A stretch of DNA of 64,000 nucleotides from Eledone cirrhosa (taxonomy: Eukaryota): positions 14,632,001 through 14,696,000 of the forward strand of contig OZ024753.1 in assembly GCA_964016885.1 (NCBI GenBank), read 5' to 3'. The notes beneath the pieces were generated by a model. It did no database searches and was not told the DNA's origin. It worked only from the letters and a program-made list of their open reading frames with translations. Position numbers and translations under genes: made by a program. Positions 1-14,200 of this stretch are shown in pieces (within the stretch, counting starts at the first letter, position 1; the number at the start of each line of letters is the position of its first letter).

Positions 1-347
1 ATCATCATCATCATTTAACGTCCATCTTCCATGCTAGCATGGGTTAGATGGTTTTGTTCCATTTGTTGCGGGACCGGTTGGGAGACCTTGGCTCGCTCGT
101 ACGAAACTGTCTCTGTATATATATAAATACACACATATATATATATAAATACACACACATATATATATATACACACATATATACATATATATATATGTAT
201 ATACACATATATATATAAGAGAAGACATGTGTTAGTATGGTGATGTGGTCCACATGGATGAGACCTTAACAGTTCAGATTCCATTTGGAACCTGAACCCT
301 TAAGATCTTCTAACTGGATATGTCACTATTTATAAAACAAATTTTTG

Positions 348-408
348 TATTTTATCTGATGAGAGCGTACCAAAGTTTTGGCCCGCTTGAAATATATATA
401 ATAGAATA
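348..408 (+). ncRNA. Type I hammerhead ribozyme (family A) in a Penelope-like terminus
   Basis: TATTTTAT-CTGATGA-GAGCG..CGCTT-GAAA-TATAT-ATA|ATAGAATA. Stems I and II pair, and stem III is palindromic (ATATATAT). Confidence 0.8.
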
Positions 409-542
409 AATATGATTTTATAAATATAATTTCCATTTATTAATATCATTGATTTTATACTCCAGAAAATCTGTTGAGTGCTTCGAATCTGTTATAAATA
501 TATTTGTGGAATTACCAACAAATTAAATATCTCTTTACTTAT

Positions 543-586
<44 letters not shown>

Positions 587-594
587 ATAGATAA

Positions 595-626
<32 letters not shown>

Positions 627-786
627 ATAGATAAATAGATAAATAGATATATTTCTTTATTAGCCACAGGGGCACAAAAGAAGGGGACAAATACAAAGGG
701 GGAAGTTTACATACAATAAAAACGTGTAAAATGTTATCACAAATGGAATTTAAAAAGTTAGTCGATTTTCCCCAATAGATAGATAA

Positions 787-900
<114 letters not shown>

Positions 901-1327
901 GAGACAGAGAGTTGGGTTAGAAACATATATAAGCTCTTCTCTTAGCCTTTATAGGTTTGTTAACCAGATTAAAGATTATGAGGGATTAAAAGATTACCTG
1001 TCAACAACCCATTGCCAGTACCTGTTAATCTCAGACTACTGTATTAAACATGCATCTACTTACATATATATATATACAATGGTTCTTATAGTCATCATCA
1101 TCATCAACACCAGCAATGCCAACATCAATATCGTTTTATATTCAATGTCATGTATGTGTTTATCATCATCATCATCACCACCATTATTATCAACAACACT
1201 TCCACCACCATAAACATCATCAACATCACCCGCCCCCACTGCTATCATCATCACCACAACAACCACCACCACTATCATCCACAACATCAACACCACCCCC
1301 ATCATCATCATCATCAATACCATCATC

Positions 1328-1426
1328 AGTTGAGAAAACTGGGTAAAGTACCTCTGAGATGGACACAAAGTGGACATAGACACCTTTATGTCCATTTCTG
1401 AGTCACTTTCCCCAATTTTCTCAACT
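1328..1426. repeat. Imperfect ~100-bp inverted repeat (hairpin or MITE-like)
   Basis: Arms of about 43 bp (agttgagaaaactgggtaaagt...ggacacaaag / ctttatgtcc...actttccccaattttctcaact) with a ~13-nt loop. Confidence 0.75.
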
Positions 1427-1519
1427 ACTATTTATAATGAATGATGTTTTAAATTCCCACAACCCTTCTTAAGTACACTGCTTTGTTTCACTCTCTCTTT
1501 CCCTATATATCATTTCATC

Positions 1520-1853
1520 ATTTCATTTCATTTTACGTCCGCTTTTTCCCTGCTTGCAACGGTGGGACGGGAACCGATTCTGGCTTGATATCTACAGCTG
1601 GATGCCCTTCCTAACACCAACCTCATTTACAGTGAGTGCTGGGTGCTTTTTTGCCGTGGCGCCTATACGACCACTTTGCAGTGGAATGATAGGGACTCCA
1701 GTCCCTATCATCTCATTTCTACAGCTGAGTAAACTGGAGCAATGTGAAATAAAGTGTCTTGCTCAAGGAAACAACACATCACCCGGCCTGAAAATTGAAC
1801 TCTCAACCTTTCGATTGCAAGCCTAATGCTCTAACCACTAAGCCATGTGCCTC
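1520..1853 (-). mobile_element. tRNA-derived SINE family 1 (CORE-like body, RTE-type 3' tail)
   Basis: A box TGGCTTAGTGG, B-box-like GAGTTCAATT, ccttgagcaagacac body, 3' end shared with the RTE LINE at 36.3-37.8 kb, (TGA)n-like tail. Confidence 0.85.
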
Positions 1854-2420
1854 TATATATATATACAGAAGACCCGCCTTGCCTAAATACAAAGCGAAAC
1901 CTACAGTCAGTACGCACCTCTTAACCAAATATACACCCCTATCACCCCTCCACACACACACACCTACCAACACCACCCTTTCTCTGTAAAGTTATGTTGG
2001 TACTACAACATCTAGTCCAAAATAAATGAGTTCGTGTAGGTGTCACGACAAAAAAACACAAAGTCCATGCTGTAATGTGGTTGTGTAGGTAACACAGTAA
2101 AAAGCTCCCAGTCCACACTGTAAACGTGGTTGGTGTTAGGAAGGGCATCCAGCCGTAGAAATCCTGCCAGACAGTCCTATATGAGCAAGACATGGTCACC
2201 TGACCAATCATGCCTCAAGTAGGACAATTCCCGTCTAAACCCATGCTAGTGTGGAAGATAGACGTTAAACGTTGATGATGATGATGATGCTATATATGAA
2301 GTATTTCCGTAGGAAAGGTACAGGAAAAAAGAGTGCTCTATGTAGGCTACAGAGCTTTTTAGTTATGTAATAAACAACATAAGGTAATTAATTTTTAATC
2401 AATGGTTTCTTGAAGTCACT

Positions 2421-2866
2421 TGACACTTTATTTCACATTGTTCCAGTTTACTCAGCTGTAGAAATGAGATGATAAGGACTGGGGTCCCTATCATTCCACT
2501 GCCAACTGGTCGTGGAAGTGCCACGGCAAAAAAAAGCACCCAGCCCACACTGTAAAGTGGACGTGGAGGTCCCACGGGGAAAAAAAGCACCCAGCACTCA
2601 CTGTAAAGTGGACATGGAGGTCCCACGGGGAAAAAAAGCACCCAGCACTCACTGTAAAGTGGACGTGGAGGTCCCACGGGGAAAAAAAGCACCCAGCCCA
2701 CACTGTAAAGTGGATGTGGAGGTCCCACGGGGAAAAAGCACCCAGCACTCACTGTAAATGAGGTTGTTGTTAGGAAGGGCATCCAGCTGTAGAAATCAAG
2801 CCAGAACCAGTTCCCGTCCCACCCTTGCAAGCAGGGAAAAGCGGACATAAAATGATGATGATGATG

Positions 2867-2867
<1 letters not shown>
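2421..2867 (+). mobile_element. 5'-truncated SINE family 1 copy with an internal ~51-bp tandem expansion
   Basis: Same body and tail as family 1, with about 5 tandem aaaaagcacccagc..cactgtaaagtgg units. Confidence 0.8.
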
Positions 2868-2905
<38 letters not shown>

Positions 2906-3179
2906 TACTTTTATTAATATTCTATAATTATAATTATATCTAAAATAAGAATGAATTAAAATTACTGCCACAACCAAAATGCGACCTTCACCTTGAACTC
3001 CAAACATCGAACATCGTAGCTAAATACTCCAAAGTAGGTTTGTCTGATACTCAACTGGTATTGCCAGTTCCCATACTAATGGTATTGATAATAACACAGA
3101 TAATAATGATGTGATGGGGATGGGGATATGATGATAGTGATGATGGTGATGTTGAAGAGCAGAACAATGATGGTGATGG

Positions 3180-3378
3180 TAATAATTGTTTCTACTTTTG
3201 GCACAAGGCCAGCAATTACCCCCAGTGCATTACTGGTACTTTATTTTATCGACCCCCGTAAGGATGAAAGGCAAAGGTAAACCTCGGCGGGATTTGAACT
3301 CAGACCGTAAAGGGACGTAACTCTATGCTGCAAAGCATGGCGTCTGACTCTCTACCGATACTGCCAATCCACTCCCCT
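3180..3378 (-). mobile_element. tRNA-derived SINE family 2 (Meta/Sauria-like central domain, (ATT)n tail)
   Basis: tggcagtatcggtaga...gagttcaaatccc head, gcctttcatccttacggggtcgataaaataaagtaccag body. About 15 further copies occur in the window. Confidence 0.8.
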
Positions 3379-3384
3379 TTGGTG

Positions 3385-3669
3385 ATCGTAATAGTAATGA
3401 TGATGATGGTGGTGGTGGTGATGATAATGATGATGGGGATGTTAAGGAGGAGAACAATGATGATGGTGGTGGTGGTGCTGTTGGTGATGGTGGTGATGGT
3501 GGTGATGGTGATGGTCATGATAGTGATGGTGGTGATGGTGATGGTGGTGATGGTGATGGTGGTGATGGTAGTGATGGTGGTGATGGTGATGGTGGTGATG
3601 GTGATGGTGATGATGGTGATGATGATGATGGTGATGATGATGGTGATGGTGGTGATGATGGTGATGGCA

Positions 3670-3702
<33 letters not shown>

Positions 3703-3722
3703 GTAATGATGGTTATGATGGA
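3385..3722. repeat. (ATG/GTG)n trinucleotide microsatellite
   Basis: Direct inspection. Confidence 0.95.
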
Positions 3723-3956
3723 GATAACGACAAGAACAATTACTAATATACTCCCACACTGCCAACCACTCCTGAAATTCCCAATAATTATTAAACCACT
3801 ACAATATCTGTTATTGTTTAAAGATATAAAACTTGTATCAACGTCAAATTATAGTGACAGATATTTTAAGGACATTAGTAGAAGTTTGGAAACAAGGGTT
3901 TGACAACAATAATAAAATGGTCATTATCTTCTAAATTGAGATTTATGATGTTGAGG

Positions 3957-4910
3957 ATAATAATTGTTTCCACTTTTGGCACAAGGCCAGCAAATACCCC
4001 AGTGTATTACTGGTACTTTATAATAATAATTGTTTCTACTTTTGGCACAAGGCCATCAATTACACCAGTGTATTACTGGTACTTTATAATACTAATTGTT
4101 TCTACTTTTGGCACAAGGCCATCAATTAACCCAGTGTATTACTGGTACTTTATAATAATAATTGTTTCTACTTTTGGCACAAGGCCATCAATTACACCAG
4201 TGTATTACTGGTACTTTATAATAATAATTGTTTCCACTTTTGGCACAAGACCAGCAAATACCCCAGTGTATTACTGGTACTTTATAATAATAATTGTTTC
4301 TACTTTTGGCACAAGGCCATCAATTACACCAGTGTATTACTGGTACTTTATAATACTAATTGTTTCTACTTTTGGCACAAGGCCATCAATTAACCCAGTG
4401 TATTACTGGTACTTTATAATAATAATTGTTTCTACTTTTGGCACAAGGCCATCAATTAACCCAGTGTATTACTGGTACTTTATAATAATAATTGTTTCCA
4501 CTTTTGGCACAAGACCAGCAAATACCCCAGTGTATTACTGGTACTTTATAATAATAATTGTTTCTACTTTTGGCACAAGGCCATCAATTAACCCAGTGTA
4601 TTACTGGTACTTTATAATAATAATTGTTTCTACTTTTGGCACAAGGCCATCAATTAACCCAGTGTATTACTGGTACTTTATAATAATAATTGTTTCTACT
4701 TTTGGCACAAGGCCATCAATTAACCCAGTGTATTACTGGTACTTTATAATAATAATTGTTTCTACTTTTGGCACAAGGCCAGCAAATACCCCAGTGTATT
4801 ACTGGTACTTTATAATAATAATTTTCTACTTTTGGCACAAGGCCATCAATTAACCCAGTGTATTACTGGTACTTTATAATAATAATTGTTTCTACTTTTG
4901 GCACAAGGCC
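3957..4910. repeat. 66-bp minisatellite (about 14 copies) amplified from the SINE family 2 tail
   Basis: Unit ataataataattgtttctacttttggcacaaggccatcaattaacccagtgtattactggtacttt. The array continues into the rest of the SINE up to about 5075. Confidence 0.9.
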
Positions 4911-5292
4911 AGCAATTATCCCAGTGTATTACTGGTGCTTTATTTTATCGACCCTGTAAGGATGAAAGGCAAAGTTAACCTCAGCGGGATTTGAACTCAG
5001 ATCATAAAGGGCCGTACCTCTTTGCTGCAAAGCATGGCGTCCGACCCTCTACCGATACTGCCAATCCACCCCCCTTTGTTGAGAATAATAATAATGGTTT
5101 CTTATATAGGCACAAGGCCAACAATTTTTTGGGGGAGGGAAAAGTCGATGAAATTGACCCCAGTGCGTGACTGGTACTTTATTTTATCAACCCCGTAAGG
5201 ATCAAAGGCAAAGTTAACCTCGCCTTTCATCCTTACAGGGTCAATAAAATAAAGTACCAGTAATAGTAATAAGGGTTTCTAATTAGGAAACT

Positions 5293-6058
5293 GTTCAGAG
5301 ACATGCAACCAAGCGAATACCCTCCATCAGGCATCTACCATACTCTGAATGCCTTGCTTCCCTGGTCATGGATACATTGAAGTTCCGACATCTGGCAACT
5401 GATTTGGTAAACATCCACAAAATTATTAACCATCTTGCCAACAACAACCCTGAGTACTTTTTTGATTTCCATGTGTCTAACACACGTGGGCATGCCCACA
5501 AAGTCAGAAAACAGCACAGCTCCCATGACTTTCGGAAACATTTTTTCACGCTCAGAAGCATGGAACAAACTACCTGCATCGGTTGTTAGCTGTCGAGACA
5601 CTGCATCCTTTAAAACCTCCATGGAACAAACTACCAGCATCAGTTGTTAGCTATCGAGACACTGCATCCTTTAAAACCTCCATGGAACAAACTACCTGCA
5701 TCGGTTGTTAGCTGTCGAGACACTGCATCTTTTAAAACCTCCATGGAACAAACTACCTGCATCAGTTGTTAGCTGTCGAGACACTGCATCCTTTAAAACC
5801 TCCATGGAACAAACTACCTGCATCAGTTGTTAGCTGTCAAGACACTGCATCCTTTAACACCACCATCCTTCCTGAGATTTGCCAACACTACACTTAATAT
5901 TCCTCCCCCATACACACGCACACATGTATATCATGACTCATACACTATTCACTTCCCTGACATTTGTATATTATTCTATGTACTATACATGCACCTTTGA
6001 CGAGTGTAGTGCACCTGAGCACTGTACACAATAATTTCATTATCATTATTATCATTAT
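5293..6058 (+). mobile_element. CR1-group LINE 3' fragment with an internal 60-bp tandem repeat (about 5 copies)
   Basis: Translation includes ATKRIPSIRHLPYSE..NTRGHAHKV..RKHFFT..WNKLP (CR1 ORF2 C-terminus). The 3' tail gtgcacctgagcactgtacacaataatttcatt recurs at about 22940 (+) and 9360 (-). Confidence 0.85.
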
Positions 6059-6184
6059 TTAAATTAGTTTGGTGGGAATCAGAAGGCAATTACATCAACA
6101 CTGGAAGGATGAAATCAAAGTTGACCTCAGCATTTGGCAATAGAAAACGTTTTACTCTCTAATTATTCTGCCAATCATTGACAA

Positions 6185-6372
6185 ACGTAGTGATGGTGAT
6201 GGCGATGGTGATGAAGTTGGTGATGATGATGGTTATGATGATGATGATGACGTTGGTGATGGTAAAGGTGATGGTGGTGGTGTTGCTGATGTTGGTGATG
6301 ATGATGGTAAAGGTAATGGTGGCGATAATGATGATGATGGGGATGATGATGATGATGGTGATGGTGATAAAG

Positions 6373-6403
<31 letters not shown>

Positions 6404-6700
6404 TAATGGTGATGAAGTTGGTGATGATAATGGTGAAGATGATGGTGGTGATGTTGGTGATGGTAATTATGATGCTGATGGTAATGGTGATGATGGTGTT
6501 AAAGTTGATGATGAAGTTGGTGGTGATAATGGTGAAGATGATGGTGATGGTGATAATGATGGTGATGGTGTTGGTGGTGATAATGATGGTGATGGTGTTG
6601 GTGATGTTGATGGTGATGATGTTGGTGATGATGATGATGGATGATGGTGAAGATAGATGATGGTGATGGTGATGGTGATCGTGATGAAGGTTATGATGAC
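6185..6700. repeat. (ATG/GTG)n microsatellite
   Basis: Direct inspection. Confidence 0.95.
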
Positions 6701-7147
6701 AGTTTCATTTATTGGCCATGAGGGTACAAATATCAATAATTGTTTCTACTTTTGGCACAAGGCCAGCAATTATCCCAGTGTATTACTGGTACTTTATTTT
6801 ATCGACCCCGAAAGGATGAAAGGCAAAGTTAACCTCGGCAAGATTTGAACTCAGAATGGCAAGGACACAAATATCAATAATGGAAGCAAGAAGGCTTTCT
6901 AATTTAGGCACAAGGCCAGAAATTTGAAGGGGAGACGAAAGTCAATTAAATTGACCCCCAGTTCATTACTGGTACTTTCATTTATCGACCCCAAAAGGAT
7001 GAAAGGCAAAGTTAACCTCGGCGGGATTTGAACTCAGAGAGTAAAGGGACGTAACTCTATACCGCAAAGCATGTTGTCCGACCCTCTACCGATACTGCTA
7101 ACCCACCGCCCTTGGATAATAATAGTTTCTAGTTTAGGTACAATGAA

Positions 7148-7179
<32 letters not shown>

Positions 7180-7394
7180 AGAGATGAGAAAAATGTAAGA
7201 TGAAGGGGAGGGTGAGAGAAAGAGTGAAAGAAATAGACAGGAGGAAAGAGAGGGAAAGAAAGAGAGACAGAGAAAGAGGAAGGGTGGGAGAAGGAGGGAG
7301 AGATGAAGAGAAAAATCTGCAATAAATTTAATTCTGTACGTATAAATGTATGTGTATATGTAACGTATCTTGATATATCTTTATGTGTGTATGT

Positions 7395-7460
<66 letters not shown>

Positions 7461-7486
7461 ATATATATATATATATATGATATATA

Positions 7487-7529
<43 letters not shown>

Positions 7530-7574
7530 ATATATGATATATATATATATATATTATATATAAAAAATATATAT

Positions 7575-7613
<39 letters not shown>

Positions 7614-7657
7614 CATATATATATAACATATATATATATATATATATTATATATATC

Positions 7658-7703
<46 letters not shown>

Positions 7704-7816
7704 ACATATATATATATATATATAAAGTATTTCAGTAGGAAGAGTAAAGGAAAGGAGAGTGTTCTATGTATGCTACAGAGCTATTTAGTTATGTAATAAA
7801 CAACATAAGTTAATTA

Positions 7817-7889
7817 TTCCATTTACCAAAGGTTTCACGAAGACAGACAAGCTGTACAGAGATGTTGGAAATCGTTCATCAGAATGAAA
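7817..7889 (-). ncRNA. Type I hammerhead ribozyme (family B), left arm of fold-back 7786-8008
   Basis: TTTCATT-CTGATGA-ACGA..TCGT-GAAAC-CTTTG-GTA|AATGGAA, with all three stems pairing. Confidence 0.82.
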
Positions 7890-7904
7890 ATTTAAGATTA
7901 AATT

Positions 7905-7977
7905 TTTTATTCTGATGAGCGATTTCCGACGTCGCTGTACAGCTTGTCTGTCTTCGTGAAACCGTTGGTAAATGGAA
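7905..7977 (+). ncRNA. Type I hammerhead ribozyme (family B), right arm
   Basis: TTTTATT-CTGATGA-GCGA..TCGT-GAAAC-CGTTG-GTA|AATGGAA. Differences from the left arm in the core-proximal stems retain pairing (G.U wobbles or loop changes). Confidence 0.8.
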
Positions 7978-8173
7978 TAATTAACTTATGTTGTTTATTA
8001 CATAACTATATATATATATATATATATATTATATAATCTTATACATATATCATATATATACATTATATATATCTTATACATATATCATATATATACATTA
8101 TATATATCTTATACATATATCATATATATACATTATATATATCTTATACATATATCATATACATATATCTTAT

Positions 8174-8206
<33 letters not shown>

Positions 8207-8376
8207 CACACGTGTATGTGGGTTACAATTAGTAATAAATTGAGAAAGTGGGAGCCAAATCTACTTTATATATATATAACTGTTATATTTCTTATGTCTG
8301 TCTGTTTGTCTGTGTTTCTATTTGCTTGTCTTTATGTTATGTTGCTTTTCTTTCTTTCTTTCCTTAGCATATATAC

Positions 8377-8449
<73 letters not shown>

Positions 8450-8524
8450 CTTATATATATATACACACATATATATATATACATATATATACATATACAT
8501 ACACACACATATATATATATATAT

Positions 8525-8577
<53 letters not shown>

Positions 8578-8782
8578 TATATATGTGTGTATATATATAT
8601 ACACATATATATATATACATATATATATACACACATATACACACATATATATACACATATATACACACACATATATATACATATATATATATACATACAC
8701 ATATATACACACATATATATACATATATGTATATATATACATATATACACATATATATATACATATATATATATACACACAT

Positions 8783-8818
<36 letters not shown>

Positions 8819-8831
8819 TATATATACACAC

Positions 8832-8876
<45 letters not shown>

Positions 8877-9241
8877 TATACGCATATATATATATATATA
8901 CACACACATATATATACACATATATACACACACATATATATACACATATATATATATACACATATATATATATACATATACACATATATTTATATACATA
9001 TATATACATATATATATATACATATGCATGCATATATATAGAAATATTTACACACATATACATATACATATATATATATATGCATGTATATATATATACA
9101 AATATTTACACACATATATATATATACATATATATACACACATATATATATATACACACATATATATATACACATATATATATATACATATATAGATATA
9201 CACACATATATATATATGTATATATATATCTACATATATAC

Positions 9242-9272
<31 letters not shown>

Positions 9273-9602
9273 CATATATACACATATACATATATATATA
9301 TATACACTTATATATATATACATATATACACATCTATATTTATATATACATATATATGAAATTATTGTGTAAAGTGCTCAGGTGCACTACAATTATATAT
9401 ACATATACATATACATATACATATAATTATATATACATATATATATACATATATACATATAATTATATACACATATATCTATATATATATATACATATAT
9501 ACATATAATTATATACACATATATCTATATATATACATATAAATCTTTTTTTTTTTCCAAAGACATCTCTATAGTCAAATAAGTAATAAAGGTAATTCTC
9601 AC

Positions 9603-9672
9603 CTTAGCCATATCCACTAATGTGTTTTGATTTTCGTTTAATTTCCTTTGATCCATTTTAACTCTTCGAAGG
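9603..9672 (-). CDS. KCNN: SK channel coding exon: calmodulin-binding domain part 2
   Basis: Minus strand reads ttacag|CCTTCGAAGA...GCTAAG|gtgaga, 70 nt, phase 2/0. It translates to (S)LRRVKMDQRKLNENQNTLVDMAK and is in frame with the 128-nt exon. Confidence 0.96.
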
Positions 9673-9729
9673 CTGTAACAGAAAATGCAACATTATTAAC
9701 CGTGGAGCAATAAATTCTGGGGTCATACC

Positions 9730-10750
9730 AGAGAAAGGAACTGGGTAGAAGAGGGATAAGTTGTGGTGTGCAAGACAGAAGACTGCGATGGTATGGACAT
9801 GTGATGCGCACGGAGGGTGACCGCTGGGTAAAGTAGTGCCAAGAAATCCCAGTAGAAGGAAGACGCAGTAGAGGTAAACCACGAAAAACATGGGCGGAGG
9901 TGGTGAGAGCAGACCTCAGATCACTGAAACTCACGGAGGAGATGATAAAGGACCGTGACAAGTGGAGAGATGGGCAGAGGTGGTGAGAGCAGACCTCAGA
10001 TCACTGAAACTCACGGAGGAGATGACGAAGGACCGTGACAAGTGGAGAGATGGGCAGAGGTGGTGAGCGCAGACCTCAGATCACTGAAACTCACAGAGGA
10101 GATGACGAAGGACCGTGACAAGTGGAGAGATGGGCAGAGGTGGTGAGAGCAGACCTCAGATCACTGAAACTCACGGAAGAGATGACAAAGGACCGTGACA
10201 AGTGGAGAGATGGACAGAGGTGGTGAGAGCAGACCTCAGATCACTGAAACTCACGGAGGAGATGACGAAGGACCGTGACAAGTGGAGAGATGGGCAGAGG
10301 TGGTGAGAGCAGACCTCAGATCACTGAAACTCACAGAGGAGATGACGAAGGACCGTGACAAGTGGAGAGATGGGCAGAGGTGGTGAGAGCAGACCTCAGA
10401 TCACTGAAACTCACAGAGGAGATGACGAAGGACCGTGACAAGTGGAGAGATGGGCAGAGGTGGTGAGAGCAGACCTCAGATCACTGAAACTCATGGAGGA
10501 GATGACAAAGGACCGTGACAAGTGGAGAGATGGGCAGAGATGGTGAGAGCAGACCTCAGATCACAAACTCCTGGAGGAGATGACGAAGGACCGTGACAAG
10601 TGGAGAGATGAGCAGAGGTGGTGAGAGTGGACCTCAGATCACTGAAACTCCTGGAGGAGATGACAAAGGACCGTGACAAGTGGAGAGATGCTGTTCTGAT
10701 GCCGTCCCACCCTTGCAAGTAGGGAAAAGCGGACGTAAAATGATGATGAT
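9730..10750 (+). mobile_element. RTE LINE 3' fragment containing an ~80-bp minisatellite (about 10 copies, 9890-10690)
   Basis: Translation RRLRWYGHV..RGKPRKTW; tail cccacccttgcaagtagggaaaagcggacg followed by (TGA)n. It begins about 60 bp from the 70-nt exon acceptor. Confidence 0.85.
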
Positions 10751-10804
10751 ACTAGAAAACTAATGTAATTTACTATGTACTTAATATCTCAGTCATTGAG
10801 GTTG

Positions 10805-11240
10805 CTACTATTGTAGTAGTGCTACTAGTAGTAGTGATGGTGATGGTGGTAGTGGTAACAATAGTAGTAGTTGTAGTAGCAGTAAAAGTTGTTGCTGTTA
10901 TAGTAGTAGTAGTTGTTTATTGTTGTGCTCATGGCAGCAGTTGTAGTAGTAATGGTGGTAGTAGTAGTAGTTTTGGTAGTAGTATTTGTAGTAGCGATTG
11001 TAGTAAACATTGTTGTTGTGATAGTAGTAGAAGTAGTAGTAATGGATGTGGTAGTAGTAGCAGAAGTAGTTGAGGTAATATTAGTAGCAGTAGTAGTCGT
11101 ACTAGTAGATGTGGTAGTACTAGTAGTACTAGTAGATGGTAGTAGTAAAAGTTGTGGTAGTTGTAGTAGCAGCAGTAGATGTAGTAGTAGATGTAGTAGT
11201 AGTAGTAGTAGTAACAGTAGTAGTAGATATGGTGGTAGTA
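10805..11240. repeat. (GTA/GTT)n degenerate microsatellite
   Basis: Direct inspection. Confidence 0.9.
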
Positions 11241-11289
11241 CTAGATTGAGGTGAGAACTAATGTTATAATGATTAGTTGGAAATACACA

Positions 11290-14200
11290 CAGGCGTTACT
11301 GTACAGGTGTTACTGTAGAGTTGTCACTGTACAGGTGTTACTGTACAGGTGTTACTGTAGAGGTGTTACTGTACAGGTGTCACTGTACAGGTGTTACTGT
11401 ACAGGTGTTACTGTAGAGGTGTTACTGTACAGGTGTTACTGTACAGGTGTTACTGTACAGGTGTTACTGTAGAGGTGTTACTGTACAGGTGTTGCTGTAC
11501 AGGTGTTACTGTACAGGTGTCACTGTACAGGTGTTACTGTAGAGGTGTCACTGTACAGGTGTTACTGTACAGGTGTTACTGTAGAGGTGTTACTGTACAG
11601 GTGTTGCTGTACAGGTGTTACTGTACAGGTGTCACTGTACAGGTGTTACTGTACAGGTGTTACTGTACAGGTGTCACTGTACAGGTGTTGCTGTACAGGT
11701 GTTGCTGTACAGGTGTCACTGTACAGGTGTTACTGTACAGGTGTTACTGTACAGGTGTTACTGTACAGGTGTTACTGTACAGGTGTTACTGTACAGGTGT
11801 TACTGTACAGGTGTTGCTGTACAGGTGTCACTGTACAGGTGTTACTGTAGAGGTGTTACTGTAGAGGTGTCACTGTAGAGGTGTCGCTGTACAGGTGTTA
11901 CTGTACAGGTGTTGCTGTACAGGTGTTACTGTACAGGTGTCACTGTACAGGTGTTACTGTACAGGTGTTACTGTACAGGTGTCACTGTACAGGTGTTGCT
12001 GTACAGGTGTTGCTGTACAGGTGTCACTGTACAGGTGTTACTGTACAGGTGTTACTGTACAGGTGTTACTGTACAGGTGTTGCTGTACAGGTGTCACTGT
12101 ACAGGTGTCACTGTACAGGTGTCACTGTACAGGTGATACTGTACAGGTGTTACTGTACAGGTGTTACTGTAGAGGTGTCACTGTACAGGTGTCACTGTAC
12201 AGGTGTCACTGTACAGGTGTCACTGTACAGGTGTCACTGTACAGGTGTTACTGTACAGGTGTCACTATACAGGTGTCACTGTACAGGTGTCACTGTACAG
12301 GTGTCACTGTACAGGTGTCACTGTACAGGTGTTACTGTAGAGGTGTTACTGTAGAGGTGTCACTGTAGAGGTGTCGCTGTACAGGTGTTGCTGTACAGGT
12401 GTTACTGTACAGGTGTTACTGTAGAGGTGTTACTGTACAGGTGTTACTGTACAGGTGTTACTGTACAGGTGTTACTGTACAGGTGTTACTGTACAGGTGT
12501 CACTGTATAGGTGTTACTGTACAGGTGTCACTGTACAGGTGTCACTGTACAGGTGTTGCTGTACAGGTGTTACTGTACAGGTGTTACTGTACAGGTGTTA
12601 CTGTACAGGTGTTACTGTACAGGTGTTACTGTACAGGTGTTACTGTACAGGTGTTACTGTAGAGGTGTTACTGTAGAGGTGTTACTGTACAGGTGTTACT
12701 ATACAGGTGTTACTGTACAGGTGTTACTGTACAGGTGTCACTGTACAGGTGTTACTGTACAGGTGTTACTGTACAGGTGTTACTGTACAGGTGTTACTGT
12801 ACAGGTGTTACTGTACAGGTGTTACTGTACAGGTGTCACTGTACAGGTGTCACTGTACAGGTGTTACTGTACAGGTGTCACTGTACAGGTGTCACTGTAC
12901 AGGTGTCACTGTACAGGTGTCACTGTACAGGTGTTACTGTAGAGGTGTTACTGTAGAGGTGTCACTGTACAGGTGTTGCTGTACAGGTGTTACTGTACAG
13001 GTGTTACTGTAGAGGTGTTACTGTACAGGTGTCACTGTACAAGTGTTACTGTACAGGTGTTACTGTACAGGTGTTACTGTACAGGTGTCACTGTACAGGT
13101 GTTACTGTACAGGTGTCACTGTACAGTTGTTACTGTACAGGTGTCACTGTACAGGTGTCACTGTACAGGTGTTACTGTACAGGTGTTGCTGTACAGGTGT
13201 TACTGTACAGGTGTTACTGTACAGGTGTTACTGTACAGGTGTTGCTGTACAGGTGTTACTGTACAGGTGTTGCTGTACAGGTGTTACTGTACAGGTGTCA
13301 CTGTACAGGTGTTACTGTACAGGTGTCACTGTACAGGTGCCACTGTACAGGTGTTACTGTACAGGTGTTACTGTACAGGTGTTACTGTACAGGTGTCACT
13401 GTACAGGTGTTACTGTACAGGTGTTACTGTACAGGTGTCACTGTACAGGTGTTGCTGTACAGGTGTCACTGTACAGGTGTTGCTGTACAGGTGTCACTGT
13501 ACAGGTGTTACTGTACAGGTGTTACTGTACAGGTGTCACTGTACAGGTGTTACTGTACAGGTGTTACTGTACAGGTGTTACTGTAGAGGTGTTACTGTAC
13601 AGGCGTTACTGTACAGGTGTTACTGTACAGGTGTCACTGTACAGGTGTCACTGTACAGGTGTCACTGTACAGGTGTTACTGTACAGGTGTTACTGTAGAG
13701 GTGTTACTGTAGAGGTGTTACTGTACAGGTGTTACTGTACAGGTGTCACTGTACAGGTGTTACTGTACAGGTGTCACTGTACAGGTGTTACTGTACAGGT
13801 GTTACTGTACAGGTGTTACTCTACAGGTGTCACTGTACAGGTGTCACTGTACAGGTGTTACTGTACAGGTGTCACTGTACAGGTGTTGCTGTACAGGTGT
13901 TACTGTACAGGTGTCACTGTACAGGTGTTACTGTACAGGTGTTACTGTACAGGTGTCACTGTACAGGTGTTACTGTACAGGTGTTACTGTACAGGTGTTA
14001 CTGTACAGGTGTCACTGTACAGGTGTTACTGTACAGGTGTTACTGTACAGGTGTTACTGTACAGGTGTTACTGTACAGGTGTTACTGTACAGGTGTCACT
14101 GTACAGGTGTTACTGTACAGGTGTCACTGTACAGGTGTCACTGTACAGGTGTTACTGTAGAGGTGTTACTGTACAGGTGTTACTCTACAGGTGTTACTGT

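Larger units (their letters stand above)
7395..9540. repeat. (TA)n/(CA)n low-complexity tracts flanking a Penelope-like fold-back
   Basis: Direct inspection. These tracts produce the Y/I-rich pseudo-ORFs. Confidence 0.9.

Noticed and set aside
2960-3090. Possible SK terminal exon
   Set aside because: No TQN..Y-like homology, and stops occur in the candidate frames.
3900-4853. 317-aa repetitive ORF
   Set aside because: 66-bp SINE-tail minisatellite.
8216-9508. 430-aa Tyr/Ile-rich ORF
   Set aside because: (TA)n/(CA)n low complexity.
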